A stretch of DNA of 64,000 bases from Squalus acanthias (GCA_030390025.1 CM059425.1:164364001-164428000); one strand, 5' to 3'; shown: positions 24,529-38,455, numbered from the stretch's first letter. Made by a program: numbers and translations. Notes: generated by a model from the sequence alone, not told the origin.

Positions 24529-27390
24529 CTTCTAGCTGGTAGAGGTCACGGGTTTGGGAGCAGCTACCGAAGAAGCCTTGGCGAGTTGCTGCAGTGCATC
24601 TTGTAGATGGTACACACTGCAGCCATGGTGCGCCAATGGTGGAGAGAGTGAATGTTTAATGTGGTGGATGGGGTGCCAATCAAGCGGGCTGCTTTATCCT
24701 GGATGGTGTTGAGCTTCTTGAGTGTTGTTGGAGCTGCACTCATCCAGGCAAGTGAAGAGTATTCCATCGCACTCCTAACATGTGCCTTGTAGATGGTGGA
24801 AAAGCTTTGGGGAGTCCCCTGTCGCAGAATGACCTGCTTGTGTAGCCACAGTATTTATGTGGCTGGTCCAGTTAAGTTTCTGGCCAATGGTGACACTCAG
24901 GATATTGATGATGGGGGATTTGGTGATGGTAATGCCGTTGAATGTCAAGGAGCGATGGTTGACTCTCTCTTGTTGGAGATGGTCTTTGCCTGGCACTTGT
25001 GTGGTGCGAATGTTACTTGCCACTTATCAGCCCAAGCCTGAATGTCGTCCAGGTCTTGCTGCATGCGAGTATGGACTGCTTCATTATCTGAGGAGTTGCG
25101 AATTGAACTGAACACTGTACAATCATCAGCGAACATCCCCACTTCTGACCTTATGATGGAGGGAAGTTCATTGATGAAGCAGCTGAAGATGGTTGGGCCT
25201 AGGACACTGCTCTGAGGAACTCCTGCAGCGATGTCCTGGGGCTGAGATGATGGTCCTCCAACAACCAGAACTATCTTCCTTTCTGCTAGGTATGACTAGC
25301 CATTGGAGAGTTTCCCCTTGATTCCCATTCACTTCAGTTTTACGAGGGCCCCTTGATGTCATACTCGGTCAAATGCTGCCTTGATGTCAAGGGTCGTCAC
25401 TCTCACCTCACTTCTGGAATTCAAGCTCTTTTTTCCATGTTTGGACCAAGGTTGTAATGAGGTCGGCAGCCGAGTGGTCTTGGCGGAACACAAACTGAGC
25501 ATCGGTGAGCAGGTTATTGGTGAGTAAGTGTCGCTTGATAGCACTGTCGATGACACCTTCTATCACTTTGCTGATGATTGAGAGTAGACTAATGGGGCGA
25601 TAATGGCTGGATTAGATTTGTCCTGCTTTTTGTGGACAGGATATACCTGGGCAATTTTCCACATTGTCGGGTAGATGCCAGTGTTGTAGTTGTACTGGAA
25701 CAGCTTGGCTAGAGGCGCAGCTAGTTCTGGAGCACAAGTCTTCAGCATAAGAGCCGGGATGTTGTTGGAGTCTGTAGCATTCGTGTATCCAGTGCACTCA
25801 GCCGTTTCTTGATATCACGTGGAGTGAATCGAATTGGCTGAAGACTGGCTTCTGTGATTGTGGGGACCGCGGGAGGAGGCCGAGATGGATCATTCACTTG
25901 GCACTTCTGGCTGAAGATAGTTGTGAACGCTTCAGCCTTGTCTTTTGCACTCACATTCTGGGCTCCGCTATCATTGAGGATGGGGTTGTTCATGGAGCCC
26001 CCTTCTCCTGTTAGTTGTTTAATTGCCCACCACCATTCACAACTGGATGTGGCAGAACTGCAGAGCTTTGATCTGATCTGTTGCTTGTGGGATCGCTTAG
26101 CTCTGTCCATTGTTTAGCATGTATGTAGTCCTGTGTTGTAGCTTCACCAGGTTGGCACCTCAATTTTAGGTATGCCTGGTGCTGCTCCTGGCACGCTCTT
26201 CTACACTCCTCATTGAACCATGGTTGGTCGCCTGGATGATGGTAATGATAGAGAGAGGGATTTGCCGGGCCATGAGGTTACACATTGTGGTGGAATACAA
26301 TTCTGCTGCTGCTGATGGCCCACAGCGCCTCATGGATGCCCAGTTTTGAGCTGCTAGATCTGTTCTGAGTCAATTCCATTTAGCACAGTGGTAGTGCCAC
26401 ACAACATGATGGAGTGTAAAGACTGAACTTTGTCTCCACAAGGACTGTGCGGTGACCAATACTATCATGGACAGATGCATCTGCAACAGGTAGATTGGTG
26501 AGGACGAGATCAAGTAGGTTTTTCCCTCATGTTGTTTCTCTCACAACCTGCCGCAGGCCCAGTCTGGCAGCTATGTCCTGCTCGGTCAGTAGTTGTGCTA
26601 CCGAGCCAGTCTTGGTGATGGACATTGAAGTCCCCCACCCAGAGTGCATTCTTGCTACTAAGTAGTGTTCAACATGGAGCAGTACTGATTCATCAGCTGA
26701 GGGAGGTGGTAATCAGCCCATGTTTGACCTGATGCCATGAGACTCCATGGGGTCGGAATCAATGTTGAGGACTCCCAGGGCCACGCCCTCCCACTGTATT
26801 CCACTGTGCCACCACCTCTGTCCTGCTGGTGGGACAGGACATACCCAGGGATGGTGATGGAGGAGTTTGGGACATTGGCTGAAATGTATGATTCTGTGAG
26901 TATGACTACGTTGCTTGACAAGACAGCTCTCCCAATTTTGGCACAAGTCCCCAGATGTTAGTGAGGAAGACTTTGCAGGGTCGAGTGGGCTGGGTGTGCC
27001 TTTGTCATGTCCGGTGCCTAGGTCGATGCCAGGTAGTCTGTCCGGTTTTATTCTTGGTGTACTTCTTTTTAGCAGTTTGGTACAACTGAGTGGCTTGCTA
27101 GACCAATTCAGAGGGTAGTTAAGAGTCAACCACATTGCTGTGGGTCTGGAGTCACATGTAGGCCATACTGGGTAAGGACGGCAGATTTCCTTCACATGGA
27201 CATTCGTGAACCAGATGGGTTTTTACAACAATCCGATAGTTTCGTGGTCACCATTACTGATGCTAGCTTTTTATTCCAGATTTATTTAATTAACTGAATT
27301 TAAATTCCCCAGCTGCCGTGGTGGGATTTGAACTCATGTCTCTGGATTGTTAATCCTTGCCTCTGGATTACTAGTCCAGTAAAATAACCA
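24529..27390 (-). mobile_element. LINE family B, nearly full length (tRNA-like 5' end, APE endonuclease, RT; 3' end missing), decayed
   Basis: Minus strand reads B-box-like GAGTTCAAATCC (27324-27335), then LTNIWGLVPKLGELS..VILTESY (APE start, about 26970-26885), then RT motifs matching 11657-12860. Confidence 0.88.
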
Positions 27391-29110
27391 TGTTTTATAA
27401 ATGCATAAAGAGCAAGAGGATTACTAAAGAAAGAGTAGGGCCTATTAGAGACCTAAAAGGTAATCTGTGTGTGGAGGCGGAAGACGTAGGTATGGTTCTT
27501 AATGAATACTTTGCGTTGGCTTCACAAAAGAGAGGAACGATGCAGACATTGTTGTTGAGGAGGAGTGTGAAATATCCGAGGAGATAAACATAGTGACAGA
27601 GGAAATATTAAGAGGTTTAGCATCTTTGACAGTAGATAAATCGGCAGGCCCGGATTAAATGTATCCCAGGCTGTTAAGAGAAGCAAGGGAGGAAATAGCA
27701 GAGGCTCTGACCATCATTTTCCAATCCTCTCTGGCTACAGGTGTGGTTCCGGAGGACGGCTAATGTTGTACCGTTGTTTAAAAAGGAGAAAGTGTTAGAT
27801 CGAGTAATTACATGCCAGTCAGCCTAACCTCGGTGGTGGGAAAATTATTGGAACAAATTCTAAGGGACAGTATTAATCCTCATTTAGAAAGGCACGGATT
27901 AATCAAGGACAGTCAGCATGGATTTGTTAAGGGAAGGTCGTGTCTGGCTAACTTGATTGAATTTTTTTAGGAGGTAACCAGGAGGGTCGATGAGGGTAGC
28001 GCGTTTGATGTAGTCTACATGGATTTTAGCAAGGCCTTTGACAAGGTCCCACATGGCAGACTTGTTAGAAAAGTAAAAGCCCATGGGATCCAAAGGAAAG
28101 TGTCAAGTTGGATCCAAAATTGGCTCAGTGGCAGGAAGGAAAGTGTAATGTTCGACTGGTGTTTTTGTGACTGGAAGGCTGTTTCCAGTGGGGTTCCGCA
28201 GGGCTCAGAACTGGGTCCTTTGCTTTTTGTGGTATATATCAATGATTTAGACTTCAATGTAGGGGGCATGATTAAGAAGTTTGCAGATGGTACAAAAATT
28301 TGCTGTGTGGTTGACACTGAGGAAGAAAGCTGTAGACTGCAGGAAGATATAAATGGACTGGTCAGGTGGGCAGAAAAGTGGCAAATGGAATTCAATCCAG
28401 AGAAGTGTGAGGTAATACATTTGGGGAGGGCTAACGAGGCAAGGGAATACACAATAAATGGTAGGATACTGAGAAGCGTAGAGGGACCTTGGAGTGCATG
28501 TCAACAGATTCCTGAAGGTAGCAGGATGGGTAGATAAGGTGGTTAAGAAGGCATACGGGATTAGCCAAGGCATAGAATATAAGAGCAAGGAGGTTATGCT
28601 TGAACTGTATAAAACATTAGTTAGGCCACAGCGAGAGTACTGCATACAGTTCTGGTCACCACATTACAGGAAAGATGTGATTGCACTAGAGAGGGTACAG
28701 AGGCAATTTACGAGGATGTTGCCAGGACTGGAGAATTTTCGCTATTAGGAAAGATTGGATGGCTGGGGTTGTTTTCTTTGGAGCAAAGGAGGCTGAGGGG
28801 AGATTTAATTTAGGTTTATAAAATTATGAGGGGCCGAGATAGAGTGGATAGGAAAGACCTATTTCCCTTAGCAGAGAGGTCAATAACCAGGGGGCATAGA
28901 TTTAAAGTAATAGTAGAAGGATTAGAGGGGAGTTGAGAACTTTTTTCACCCAGAGGGTGGTGGGTGTCTGGAACTCACTGCCTGAAAGGGTGGTAGAGGC
29001 AGAAACCCTCATCACATTTAAAAAGTACTTGGATATACACTTGGAGGGCTACAGACCAAGAGCTGGAAAGTGGGATTCGGCCAGATAGCTCTATTTCGGT
29101 CGGCACCCTC
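27391..29110 (+). mobile_element. CR1 family A, 5'-truncated, decayed
   Basis: DFSKAFDKVPH, GVPQGSELGP, LVRPQREYCIQFWSP in broken ORFs. Confidence 0.9.
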
Positions 29111-29199
29111 TGGTGGTTGAATGTAACATGAAGGCAGAATTGCTTTTCAATTTTTGCATCAGGCATAACACTAATTTATCAGAAGCTACCTCTTACGAG

Positions 29200-29510
29200 C
29201 TATGCCCTCAATTGCCTGGCAGATGGCAGAGGGACCTTCTGAGTGACCTGTACCTCAGTTGAAGACTCAGCTACTTGCCAAGCCTGATCACCGTGGCCAG
29301 GTTCCTCTTCATTTACTGGCACATTAATGATCAATCCTTTTAGGATGGCAAAGTTGTGCAGTATACAGCAGATCACAACAATGCCGGAAGCCTGGCTGCA
29401 CTTTAGAGTGCTGCCCCAGACCTGTCCAGGCAGCTGAAGCATGCATTTTGCATCCTAATAGTCTGCTTGATCACTGTCCTCTTAGCCTTATCGGCCTCAT
29501 TGTGGTGTCA
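29200..29510 (-). pseudogene. Harbinger (HARBI1-like) transposase C-terminal remnant
   Basis: IVVICCILHNFAIL motif followed by an acidic tail. Confidence 0.6.
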
Positions 29511-31125
29511 TTCATGTGTAGGATCACCAATCCATAGGATTAGCGTGGAGACTCCAGGAATTAAAATCTCTCCTGGACACTGCTGTAAGCAACCTGGGAG
29601 AAAAATCATAGGTGACATTAAAAAAATTATAGGGTGAAATTTATCCCCCTAAAAAGGTGGGTTGGGGTCGGGTCAGATATTATAATTTTAAAAATCTCAA
29701 ACTCGACCCAACCTGCCTCCAACCCGCCCACTTCTGGGTTTAACAGAGATGGGAAACGAGTTGGCAATTTGAATATATTAATGAGGCTGGCAGCCTCTGA
29801 TTTAACCTGCTCTGCAGGTTTATTTAACAGTGGCCGGCCGGGTTTCCCAAGCTCGGGAAACCTTGCAGCTGAAGGCAAACGAGGACAGCTTTGGGGTGAA
29901 GGTAAGTGCCTTTACAGCACTGCTTGTGGGCCAGGAGGAGCAGGAGTGCTCCCCCCCCCCCCGGCCTCCCAAGCTTCCTCCCGCAACAGATACCCCCCAT
30001 GCAAAGACCCTCGAGGTTGGGGATCGGAACCCCCTCACCACCCAATGCTCCAAGCAGCAGCAGGCTCCCTACCTGCTCCTGCGGCCTGCTCTGGAGTGCT
30101 TCCGGCCTGACTGGAAGCCTAGCCTATCAATCAGGCTCACTTCCTGGCGGGAATCCTGTCAAGGAGAAAAGTCACACGCTGTGGAGTTAAAACACTACAG
30201 CATGTGGGGAAACCTGGACTTCTAAAACTCCACCAGTCACTATAGGGCCCTAGGTGTCTTTTTCATTTTCTTTGAACACTTTTGCTTATTAGTTATAAAA
30301 ATACTGGAAATGGGGGAAAAGGCTATTTGACTGGGTGAGGCAGTTGGAGGTGGGAGGTTATGTGATGAAACCTCCAGGAATACATCCAACCAGAGATGGC
30401 GATCCTATTCCTGTGGTGTCCTGATTCCAAAGTGATTCCATCACCCATACCTGCAGAGGGTATCCTTGATGCCCATCAACCATCCGGATATATGGCTTTG
30501 CTCATAGAATGGTGGTGGGGTTATTAACCGTTTTAATACAAATATATTTTTGTAACTCTCAGGATAGCATGCATTCACATGCACTATGAGGTCATTGGAA
30601 TTGCAAAGCAGCTGCACATTCATGGAACTAAACCAATTTTGGTTGACAGAGTTGAATGCAAGCTGATAGATGGACCAAAGGGCGATATGAGTCCTGTTGG
30701 TGGCACTTCGATCCTGAGGGAATCCAGCCAGTCGGTAAAAGTTGATAACTCTCTCTCTCTGCTGTTCAAGGTCATAGAATTACATAGAATATAAAGCACA
30801 GAAACAGGCCATTCGGCCCAACCAGTCCATGCTGGTGTTTATGCTCCACTCGAGCCTCCTCCCATCCTTCCTCATCTAACTCTATCAGCATAACCTTCTA
30901 TTCCCTTCTTCCTCATATGCCTATCTAGCCTCCTCTTAAATGCATCTATACTATTCGCTTCCACCACTCCCCGTGGTAGCGAGTTCCACATTCTCACCAC
31001 CCTCTGGGTAAAGAAGTTTCTTCTGGATTTCCTATTTGATTTTTTGGTGACTATTTTATATTGATGGCCTCTAGTTTTGATCTTCACCACAAGTGGAAAC
31101 ATTCTCTCTGTGTCTACTCTATCAA

Positions 31126-34100
31126 CAGGCGGGGGGAAAGGGAAATTTAGAAATCTAAAGAGAAAAATCAAGGCAATAGAGCAGTGTAGCGATTTGGGTA
31201 AAGGTAAGCAGAGTGTGACCGAAAGGAACAGAGAGTGTAATGGTAATAGTGCATCAGTGAATAAGGTGAAAGCAGGGAATAATGGTAAAAAGTTAAAATT
31301 AAAGGTTCTTTATCTGAATACATGAAGCATTCTTAAAAAAGACAGCAAATTAGAGACACAAATAGAGATAAATGGGTTAAATCTAATAGCCATTACAGAG
31401 ACGTGGTTGCAAGGTGACCAAGGTTCAGAACTAAATATTCTAGGGTACTTGACGTTTCAAAAAGACAGGCAGACTGGAAAAGGAGGCGGGTAGCCCTGAC
31501 GTAAGGAGAGTAGTGAGAAAGGATCTTGGCTCAGAAGAACAGGAAGTAGAATCAGTATGGGTGCAGATAAGAAACAATAAGGGGCAGAAAATGCTGGTGG
31601 GAGTAGTTTATAGGCCCCCTAACAGCAGTTATTAGTCAAGAAATAATAGGAGCTTGTAACAAAGGTAATGCAATCACCGTGGGGGACTTTAATCTTCATA
31701 TAGACTGGGCAAATCAAATTGGCAAAGGTAATCTGGAAGATGAGTTCGTGGAATGCATTCAGGATGGTTTCCTAGAACAAAACGTCATAGAACAAATCAG
31801 GGTACGGGCTATTTTAGATCTTGTATTGTGTAATGAGACAGAGTTAATTAGTAATCTCATAATAAAGGATCCTCTGGGGAAGATTGATCATAATATGATA
31901 GTATGTCACTCTCAAACTCAATGTGAAATTGTAAGTCTGAAACTAGAGTCTTAAACTTAAATAAAGCCAATTACATAGGTATGAGGGGTGAGTTGGCAAA
32001 GGTAAATTGGGAAATTAGATTAAAAGGTATGATGGTAGATAAGCAGTGGCAAACATTTTAAAGAAATATTCAAAAATTCTCAATTAATATACATTCCATT
32101 GAGAAATAAAAACTCCACGGGAAAAGTGATCCATCCGTGGCTAACTAAAGAAGTTAAGGATAGTATTAGATTAAAAGAGGAGGCTTATAATGTTGCGAAG
32201 AATAGTAGTAAGCCTGAGGATTGGGAGAGCTTTAGAAACCTGCAAAGGATGACCAAAACATTGATAAAAAGGGAGAAAATAGAATACGAGAGTAAACTAG
32301 CAAGAAGTATAAAAAAAGATTGTAAGAGCTTCTACAAGTATGTAAAAAGGAAGAGAGTAGCAAAAGTAAGTGTTGGTTCCTTAGAGGCTGAGACAGGAGA
32401 AATTATAATGGGGAATAAGGAAACGGCAGAGACTTTAAACAAATATTTTGTATCTGTCTTCACAGTAGAAGACACAAAAAGCATACCAAAAATAGTGGGG
32501 AACCAAGGGGCTAATGAGAGTGAGGAACTTACAGTAATTAATATCGGTAGAGAAAAAGTACTTGAGAAACTAATGGGACTAAAAGTCGACAAATCCCCAT
32601 GACCTGATGGCCTACATCCTAGGGTTCTAAAAGAGGTGGCTGCAGAGCAAATGTAACACCGCTATTCAAGAAAGGAGGGAGTGAGAAGACAGGGAACTAC
32701 AGGCCAGTTAGACTGACATCAGTCGTCGGGAAATGCTGGAATCCATTATTAAGGAAGTGGTAACAGGGCACTTAGAAAAACGTAACATGATTAGGCAGAG
32801 TCAACATTGTTTTATGAAAGGGAAATCATGTTTTAAATAGTAGAGTTTTTTGAGGATATAACTAGCAAGGTAGATAAAGAGGAACCAGTGGATGTAGTAT
32901 ATTTGGATTTCCAAAAGGCATTCGATAAAGTACCACATAAAAAGTTGTTACGCAAGATAAGGGCTTACGGGGTTGGGGGTAATATATTAGCATGGATAGA
33001 GGATTGGTTAACGGTCAGAAAACAGAGAGTAGGGATAAATGGATAATTTTCAGGTTGGCAGGCTGTAACTAGTGGGATGCTGCAAGGATCAGTGCTTGGG
33101 CCTCAGCTATTTACTATTTATACTAATGACTTAGATGAAGGGGCTGAGTGTAATGTATTCAAGTTTGCTGACGATACAAAGCTAGATGGGAAAGTAAGTT
33201 CTGAGAAGGACACAAAGAGCCTGTAAAGGGATATAGATAGGTTAAGTGAGTAGGCAATAATGGCCCAGAAATTCGCCTCTCCGGCTTGCCGCGGGGGTAA
33301 GGATCGCGCGCGCACTTACCTACCGCGCCTGCCGTTGTGTTTTGGGCCCTCGGGAACTTCAGCTCATGGGCCTGTTCCAACTGCCGGCGCGCAGTGCTGT
33401 GCGTGTCCCAGGGGTGTAGTTAGTGCGATGCGTCCCCTGGGATCACATGGGCCATGGAGAACCAATGGCAGCAGACCATCTTTCATTCATAGATTTGACA
33501 GGAGACCTGTCAAATCTGTGAATTGAAATCGGCCCCAAAAGAACAGCTCCTTTTCATAAGCGTAGGTTCTTCACTACTTACCCTCCCGTAGAAACCTGAA
33601 AAAAAATCTAAGTTTGCTGCGTGCGCGCAGCCTCTACCGCGCATGCGGTTCACCTAGGAACCACCCCCTTCACCATACCGGAAGTTCCAGGTTTCATGCG
33701 CAGTGCATGCAGGGGACCTGCACTTTGAGACGTCTTACGGGTGAGTACGCACTGTGTACTCACCCGGGAAGGGCCGAATTTTTGGCCCATTTGTGATAGA
33801 TGGAGTATCATGTGGGGAAATGTGAGGTTATTCACTTTTGTAGGAAGAATAGAAAAACAGAATATTTTTTAAATGGTGAGAAACTATTAAATGTTGGTGC
33901 TCAGAGAGATTTAGGTGTCCTAGTACAGGAAACACAGAGAGTTAGCATTCAGGTACAGCAAGCAATTAAGAAGGCAAATGGCTTGTTGGCCTTTATTGCA
34001 AGGGGGTTGGAGTACAAGAGTAAGGAAATCTTACTACAATTGTACAGGGCTTTGGTGAGACCACACCTGGAGTACTGTGCACAGTTTTGGTCTCCTTATC

Positions 34101-34620
34101 TGAGGAAGGGTATACTTGCCTTAGAGGCAGTGCAACGAAGGTTCACTAGATTGATTCCTGGGATGAAAGGGTTGTCCTATGAGGAGAGATTGAGTAGATT
34201 GGACCAATACTCTCTGGAGTTTAGAAGAATGAGAGGTGATCTCATTGAAACGTATAAGATTCTGAGGGGGATTGCCAGGGTAGATGCTGAGAGGTTGTTT
34301 CCCCTGTTTGGAGAGTCTAGAACTAGGGGGCATAGTCTCATGAAGTGGTCAGCCATTTAAGAGTGAGATGAGGAGGAATTTCTTCACTCAGTGGGTTGTG
34401 AATCTTTGGAATTCTCTACCCCAAAGCGCTGTGGATGCTCAGGCCCCTTGAGTATATTCAAGGCTGAGATAGATAGATTTTTGGACTCTAGGGAAATCAA
34501 GGGATATGGGGATCGGGCAGGAAAGTGAAGTTGAGGTTGAAGATCAGCCATGATCTTATTGAATGGCGGAGCAGGCTCGAGGGGCCGTACGGCTGGCTTC
34601 TGCTCCTAATTCTTCTGTTA
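31126..34620 (+). mobile_element. CR1 family A, near-complete ORF2 (EN+RT), decayed, containing MITE 33262-33788
   Basis: LKVLYLN, AITETWLQ, GDFN..IDW (EN), RT fragments, ORF 33800-34360, 3' tail 34540-34615. Confidence 0.92.
33262..33788. mobile_element. MITE B, internally deleted copy
   Basis: Same TIRs and arms as 16065-17555 but lacks the AT-rich core. Confidence 0.88.
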
Positions 34621-35997
34621 TTAAACCCTTTCATAATTTTAAAGATCTCTATTATGTCACCCCTCAGCCTTCTCTTTTCAAGAGATGAACTGGGATGCTC
34701 GCCTAAACAAGTCATCGATGACCTGGTTCATGCAGTGGTGGACTGCCAATTGGCAAATATTGATAATGTTGCCCGATCTAGCCTAAAAGGAATCACTGCA
34801 TCGAGGTATAAAGCCATGGTTATGTTTACTGCCACTGAAAATGCGTTGCCTCGCAGAAGTGGGCTGGAAAGCCTGGGCAAGCAGTTAGCAGAACTCAGAT
34901 ATTGCCTCTGGAGGGAATCTCAGACTTCTCAAGCATTGATTAGTCGACAGATTCGAATAGGACCACTCGGGTTTGTACACTTGGAGGTGTGGGTACCTGT
35001 GGGTAGGGGCCCGATAGCTGCTATTTTGATGGATCAGCCTTGCGACTCCCACTGATCTTTCTCATCATCCTCCTCATAGCTGAGGAACAGGTGGTTCCTG
35101 GGGCAATTGTATTATTTCCCCAAGATGCTGAAGATAATAATAAAGGCAACAACAAAATAGTAGGTGATAAAACTATCAGCATGGAGCAAATGGTGAACCG
35201 GGTTTAACATTCAAAGAAACAAGCAGCAGTCTTCCGTAGTACTTACCTACATTTAACTCCTCTGGACCACTATGCCCCTTTTATACAGGCAATCTTTTCC
35301 GGAGCCAAGCCTTGGATTGTAGGAGAGGGATATGCAGCAGACCAGCAAAAAGCACCTTCCTGCCATCATTTGCATGCAGCAGGTGGGCCAGTGGAGTGTG
35401 GTACAGTCTGATTCCAGTGGGATTGAAAGGAAAATTGTCTCAGTTCCTCGGGTTAGGAATTCAACATGATGCCTCCCCAGTCCCACCCCATTTTCTTCTG
35501 TTGGCTGTCCCAGGACAGACCAAAAATGGGCTTTAAACCCATGTCTTTTCAAGAATTTGGCCACATTTGCCAGGAGAAGTTTGCAGATAATATCACACTA
35601 GGTTGATTCTGAGGGGGCAGCTTGGGAAACACAAATGTTGGATAAAATATGTAAATGAGGTGGGGGTGGAATAATGAGAGATGAACTTTAATCCAGACAA
35701 GTGTAAAGTACTGCACACAGGAAGCAAAAGGGAACTCCATCAATGGCATTTAAATAGCTGAGGATGAAGTTGAAAAAGATCTAAGTGCCATGGCAAATCG
35801 ACAGCCCATTTCAAACACAGCTCAAAAAATCGGACAAAGTATAAAACAGGCTGCCGATTCGCTACCAACCGATTTTTGCGACCGCCCAAGACAAATTTCA
35901 CCTCGTTTGACAGAAAAACACCTATTTTCATTTGTGGATTTTTCATGACATTTGTTGTATGATTCTGCTTTTAATGCTTTTGGAATCTTTTCTTCAG

Positions 35998-36120
35998 GCC
36001 AAGACTACATCTGGTCCCTCAGCTAAAAGTGGAGCCACTGGGGGAAAACAGCAACAACCACAATCTGCAGCTACCCAACAGAGCAAAATGGGCCTGAGCC
36101 AAAGCAAGCCAGCTCAAACG
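35998..36120 (+). CDS. CAST: CAST L-domain-like exon, AKTTSGPSAKSGATGGKQQQPQSAATQQSKMGLSQSKPAQT
   Basis: tcttttcttcag acceptor, ACG|gtaatt donor, 123 nt, phase 0-0, low-complexity S/T/Q/K composition. Confidence 0.75.
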
Positions 36121-36779
36121 GTAATTTACATCAGAATTGACATCCTAGCTAAGGCCTAGTCCAAAAAATGATTACATGTGCCATGCTTCGCTAAAGTTGA
36201 TTAACCTTGGAAAACTAGTTCATGTGTACAAATTGTTCAGCTGAACATATTGGCAGCGATTCTCATGTCACTACCACCCCATTAGTGCTTAAACATGAGA
36301 GCGATAGCATGACCAAAGTATTGCAGGAAATGGAAGCGCTGACTTATCGCTGCATTTCCACCTGCCCCAATTTTCAAGCGACCTCAATCTAGGCGGACGG
36401 AGCTCCTGCGAAAATAGCTTCATTAATATGTGCTAATTGGGGTCAAATGATGTAGTTACGATCCTCAGCGCTATTTCCGTCTCTGTCCACATTGCCACTG
36501 TCACTGCCAGTTCCTGCTTCCACCCACAAACCATGGGCGGTACAAGTCAAGAGGCGGCCAGGTCCAGTGATATTTAAAGGGATCCTCAGCTGTTCTCAGG
36601 TAAAACTGTAGAAAGTTTTGGCAGACATTTTGCTCGCATTAGATTATGGCTTTTGCTACTTAAATGATTTCACGGTATTTATAGTTGCCATAGAACATTC
36701 TGAACTCTTAAGGGGCTTCTGGCATTGCACTTGTTTCTTGATGGTGGTCTTCTGGAAATTCCACTCTGGCAAGAGGAGC

Positions 36780-37910
36780 GACAGTTGTAGGAAGGAGCAA
36801 ACAAAGCTGCAGGTGGAGGGAGGCATGCTTGCAGGAGTCTTTGCCGTCCCAACAGAGTTTGTGAGTCCAGGGCAGTTCTGAGGAGCAGTGCCTAATCAGG
36901 CTTTGTTTCTCTTGGGAGATTGTGATGATTTGTGTCGCCTCCTACATCAAGACCTGCAACAAACTGCCGCAACCAGCACAGCACTGCCTGTTGCAGTTAA
37001 GATCACTGTAGTCCTGAACTACTTTGCCTCCGGCATCTTCTAAGCTGCCATAGGGGATATCAGTAACATCAGTCAGTCTACAGTACATTCTTGCATTAAG
37101 CAGATGACTAATGCCTCATTTGCACTTTCATCACTTTCCCCATGGATAATCGGAAGCAGCAGGATAGGGCTCTGGAGTTTACACAGATGGCAGGATCCCC
37201 TGCAAATCCAAGGCATCATTGACTGCGCCTTTGTCGCCCCGTGGGCTCTTTCGCATGACCCCACTGCCTTCATGCATGGCAAGGTCTTCCACTCTATTAA
37301 TATATAACTGGTGTGTGATCACAAGGAGTGCATCATGCTGTGTCTACTTACCTGGCTGTTGCCACTGCACAGGAAGTGAGAGACTGGCTGCTTGACTCAT
37401 GACTCCTGTTAGGAACCCGAGCCCAGCGCCAAGCTGCTCTACAGTTAGATTTGTGACTAAACTAGAGCCATCATCAAGCTGGCCTTTGGATTCCTTAAGC
37501 AACCATTCTTTTTAAAATATTTTTTATTCGTTTATGGGATGTGGGCGTCGCTGGCAAAGCCAGCATTTATTGCCCATCCCTAATTGATCTTGAATAGGTG
37601 GTGGTGAGCTGCCTTCTTGAACCGCTGGTCAAGGTACTCCCACAGTGCTGTTAGGTAGATGTCTGGACAGGTCTGGTGGCATCCTGCAATACAGCCCACA
37701 AAGAGTGTCCCATATAATGGTTGTTTTCTAAATGCTGCATAACTTTGCTCTTCAATGGGGGACAACACACGGAGCCTCAATTGAACAAGGAATTTCAGCA
37801 TGGTGAGGAAGAGGACACGATGACACAGAAGATGGCAATGAGGTAGGAGGGTGCCAATAGTTACCTCCTGCCAAAGTTCATCAGCAGCAGCTCATTGAAG
37901 ATTGCTTCAG
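36780..37910 (+). pseudogene. Decayed Harbinger (HARBI1-like) transposase, interrupted by a family B LINE tail (37509-37659, -)
   Basis: ALPVAVKITVVLNYFASG, IQGIIDC, KVFHSINI, MLHNFAL motifs with stops and frameshifts. Confidence 0.75.
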
Positions 37911-38169
37911 GTGAACAACCTGTGATTACCTTAACAGTCATGGCCAACATCTCTCACAGTTCTTACATCCTCAAATAAATTGCATTTGTGCAAAGACCAA
38001 CATTGATAATCATGTCAACAAACATTGCAGGGTCACCAACTACTACAGGAACACACTCTGCACACAAAGATTTCTAAAAGAATTATCAGGCTTACAGAAA
38101 TGCCTACCCACTAATTATCACCCTGGTATGAGCCCCTAGTGCCTGTTTTAAGAGCTCTCTTACCTACTC

Positions 38170-38455
38170 TAGGTCAGTGGTAGCACTACCCCCTCTAAAT
38201 CAGAAAGCTGTGGATTCAATTCCCACACCAGAGACTTGAGCACATAATCTAGGCTGACAGTTGAGTGCAGTACTGAGAGAGTGCTGCACTGTTCAAGGTG
38301 CCGTCTTTTGGATGAGACGTTAAACCGAAGCCCTGTCTCCCCGCTAAGGTGGACGTAAAAGATCCCATGGCAATTTTTGAATCAGAGCAGCAGAGTTCTC
38401 CTGGTATCCTGGACAATATTTATCCATTAATTGACCTCACTTAAACAGATTATCC
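38170..38455 (+). mobile_element. tRNA-derived DeuSINE (SacSINE1-like), 3'-truncated
   Basis: tRNA-like head plus gtgctgcactgt..ggtgccgtc..ggatgagacgttaaacc..ggtggacgtaaaagatccc core, shared with 60083-60537. Confidence 0.75.

Larger units (their letters stand above)
30770..34685 (-). mobile_element. CR1 family A 3' fragment (30770-31125 plus 34621-34685), split by an opposite-strand CR1
   Basis: ...tctactctatcaa | aaaccctttcataattttaaag... are contiguous CR1 antisense sequence. Confidence 0.75.
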
